A stretch of DNA of 64,000 nt from the human T2T-CHM13v2.0 reference genome, Homo sapiens: NCBI RefSeq assembly GCF_009914755.1, contig NC_060937.1; one strand, given 5' to 3'. The position numbers and the translations under genes were made by a program. The notes under the pieces are model-generated. The model saw only the letters and a list, made by a program, of their open reading frames with translations. It was not told the origin of the DNA and ran no database searches. Shown here piece after piece: positions 63,671 through 64,000 of the stretch (the first letter of the stretch is position 1; each line of letters opens with the position of its first letter).

Positions 63671-64000
63671 TTAGGTACATAAAATATGAAAGTACATCAA
63701 ATATAGATTATATACTGTACATTAAATACCCAAGTACCCCAAATATATATTTTATACTGTACATGAAATATCAAAGTTCACAAACCATATATTATATACT
63801 GTACATAAAATATCAAAGTACCCAAGGTATATATTAGATACTGTACAAAAAATATCAAAGTACCCAAAGCATGTATTATAAACTGTACCTAAAATATGAA
63901 ATTACATCAAATATATATTTTATTCTGTACATAAAATATCAAAGTACACCAGATATATATTCTATAGTGTACATAAAATATCAAAGTACCCAAACTACAA

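Larger units (their letters stand above)
1..64000 (+). repeat. Human satellite 1A (HSat1A / classical satellite I / SAR) tandem array, 42-bp monomer, single orientation, runs off both window ends
   Basis: Continuous 42-bp periodicity (e.g. TGTACATA at 39, 81, 165, 249). The monomer is a 17-bp ACATAAAATATCAAAGT unit plus a ~25-bp ACCCAAACTATATATTATATACTGT unit cut by GTAC, matching the known 17+25 bp RsaI structure of satellite I. About 79% AT, with no CpG in the consensus. Confidence 0.96.

Noticed and set aside
145-63837. All ORFs in the supplied track as protein-coding genes
   Set aside because: They are translations of the 42-bp repeat (a multiple of 3), broken at random by stops and frameshifts, with no unique domains or gene structure.
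1-64000. CRISPR-like array (conserved 17-bp unit alternating with a variable ~25-bp unit)
   Set aside because: The 'spacers' are homologous to each other and cycle with period 9. There is no leader and no cas gene.
1-64000. Alpha satellite / CENP-B boxes, HSat2/3, or HSat1B
   Set aside because: No 171-bp monomer, CENP-B box or CATTC repeats. The ~2.4-kb super-repeat only coincidentally resembles the HSat1B unit length and has no Alu-derived part.
1-64000. Transposon insertions or large inversions
   Set aside because: I saw no non-satellite segment or strand switch. The only foreign-looking sequence is the 16-bp insert.
1-64000. Low-complexity gene from an AT-rich microbe, or assignment to a specific human chromosome
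   Set aside because: The monomer and 378-bp HOR match primate HSat1A. Chromosome or species assignment needs alignment to T2T assemblies, which I cannot run.

Overview
The whole 64 kb window is one uninterrupted, single-orientation block of AT-rich (~79% AT by counting a consensus monomer) tandem satellite. The 42-bp monomer (17-bp ACATAAAATAT[C/G]AAAGT + ~25-bp ACCCAAACTATATATTATATACTGT, separated by GTAC/RsaI sites) and the 9-monomer 378-bp higher-order repeat (HOR) match human classical satellite I / HSat1A (SAR); the chromosome cannot be determined by eye. There are about 170 HORs, and no genes, RNA genes or transposons; all ORFs are artefacts of a 42-bp stop-poor repeat. Private variants reveal a nested history. 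(i) A young homogeneous domain (1-11 kb) has a 2.4-2.8 kb super-repeat. (ii) A 373-bp HOR variant carries a 5-bp deletion. (iii) A 12.2-kb block (15.2-27.3 kb) is collinear with a 16.7-kb block (40.7-57.3 kb) and differs only by whole-HOR indels. (iv) There are local 749/751-bp and 1.87-kb duplications, monomer shuffles, and one non-consensus 16-bp insertion. The two most interesting functional hypotheses are both untested. The + strand carries about 6 perfect Pumilio response elements (TGTAHATA) per HOR, so a transcript could be a NORAD-like PUM sponge. The DNA carries a TCF/LEF core (ATCAAAG) in most monomers, so the array could be a transcription-factor binding platform.
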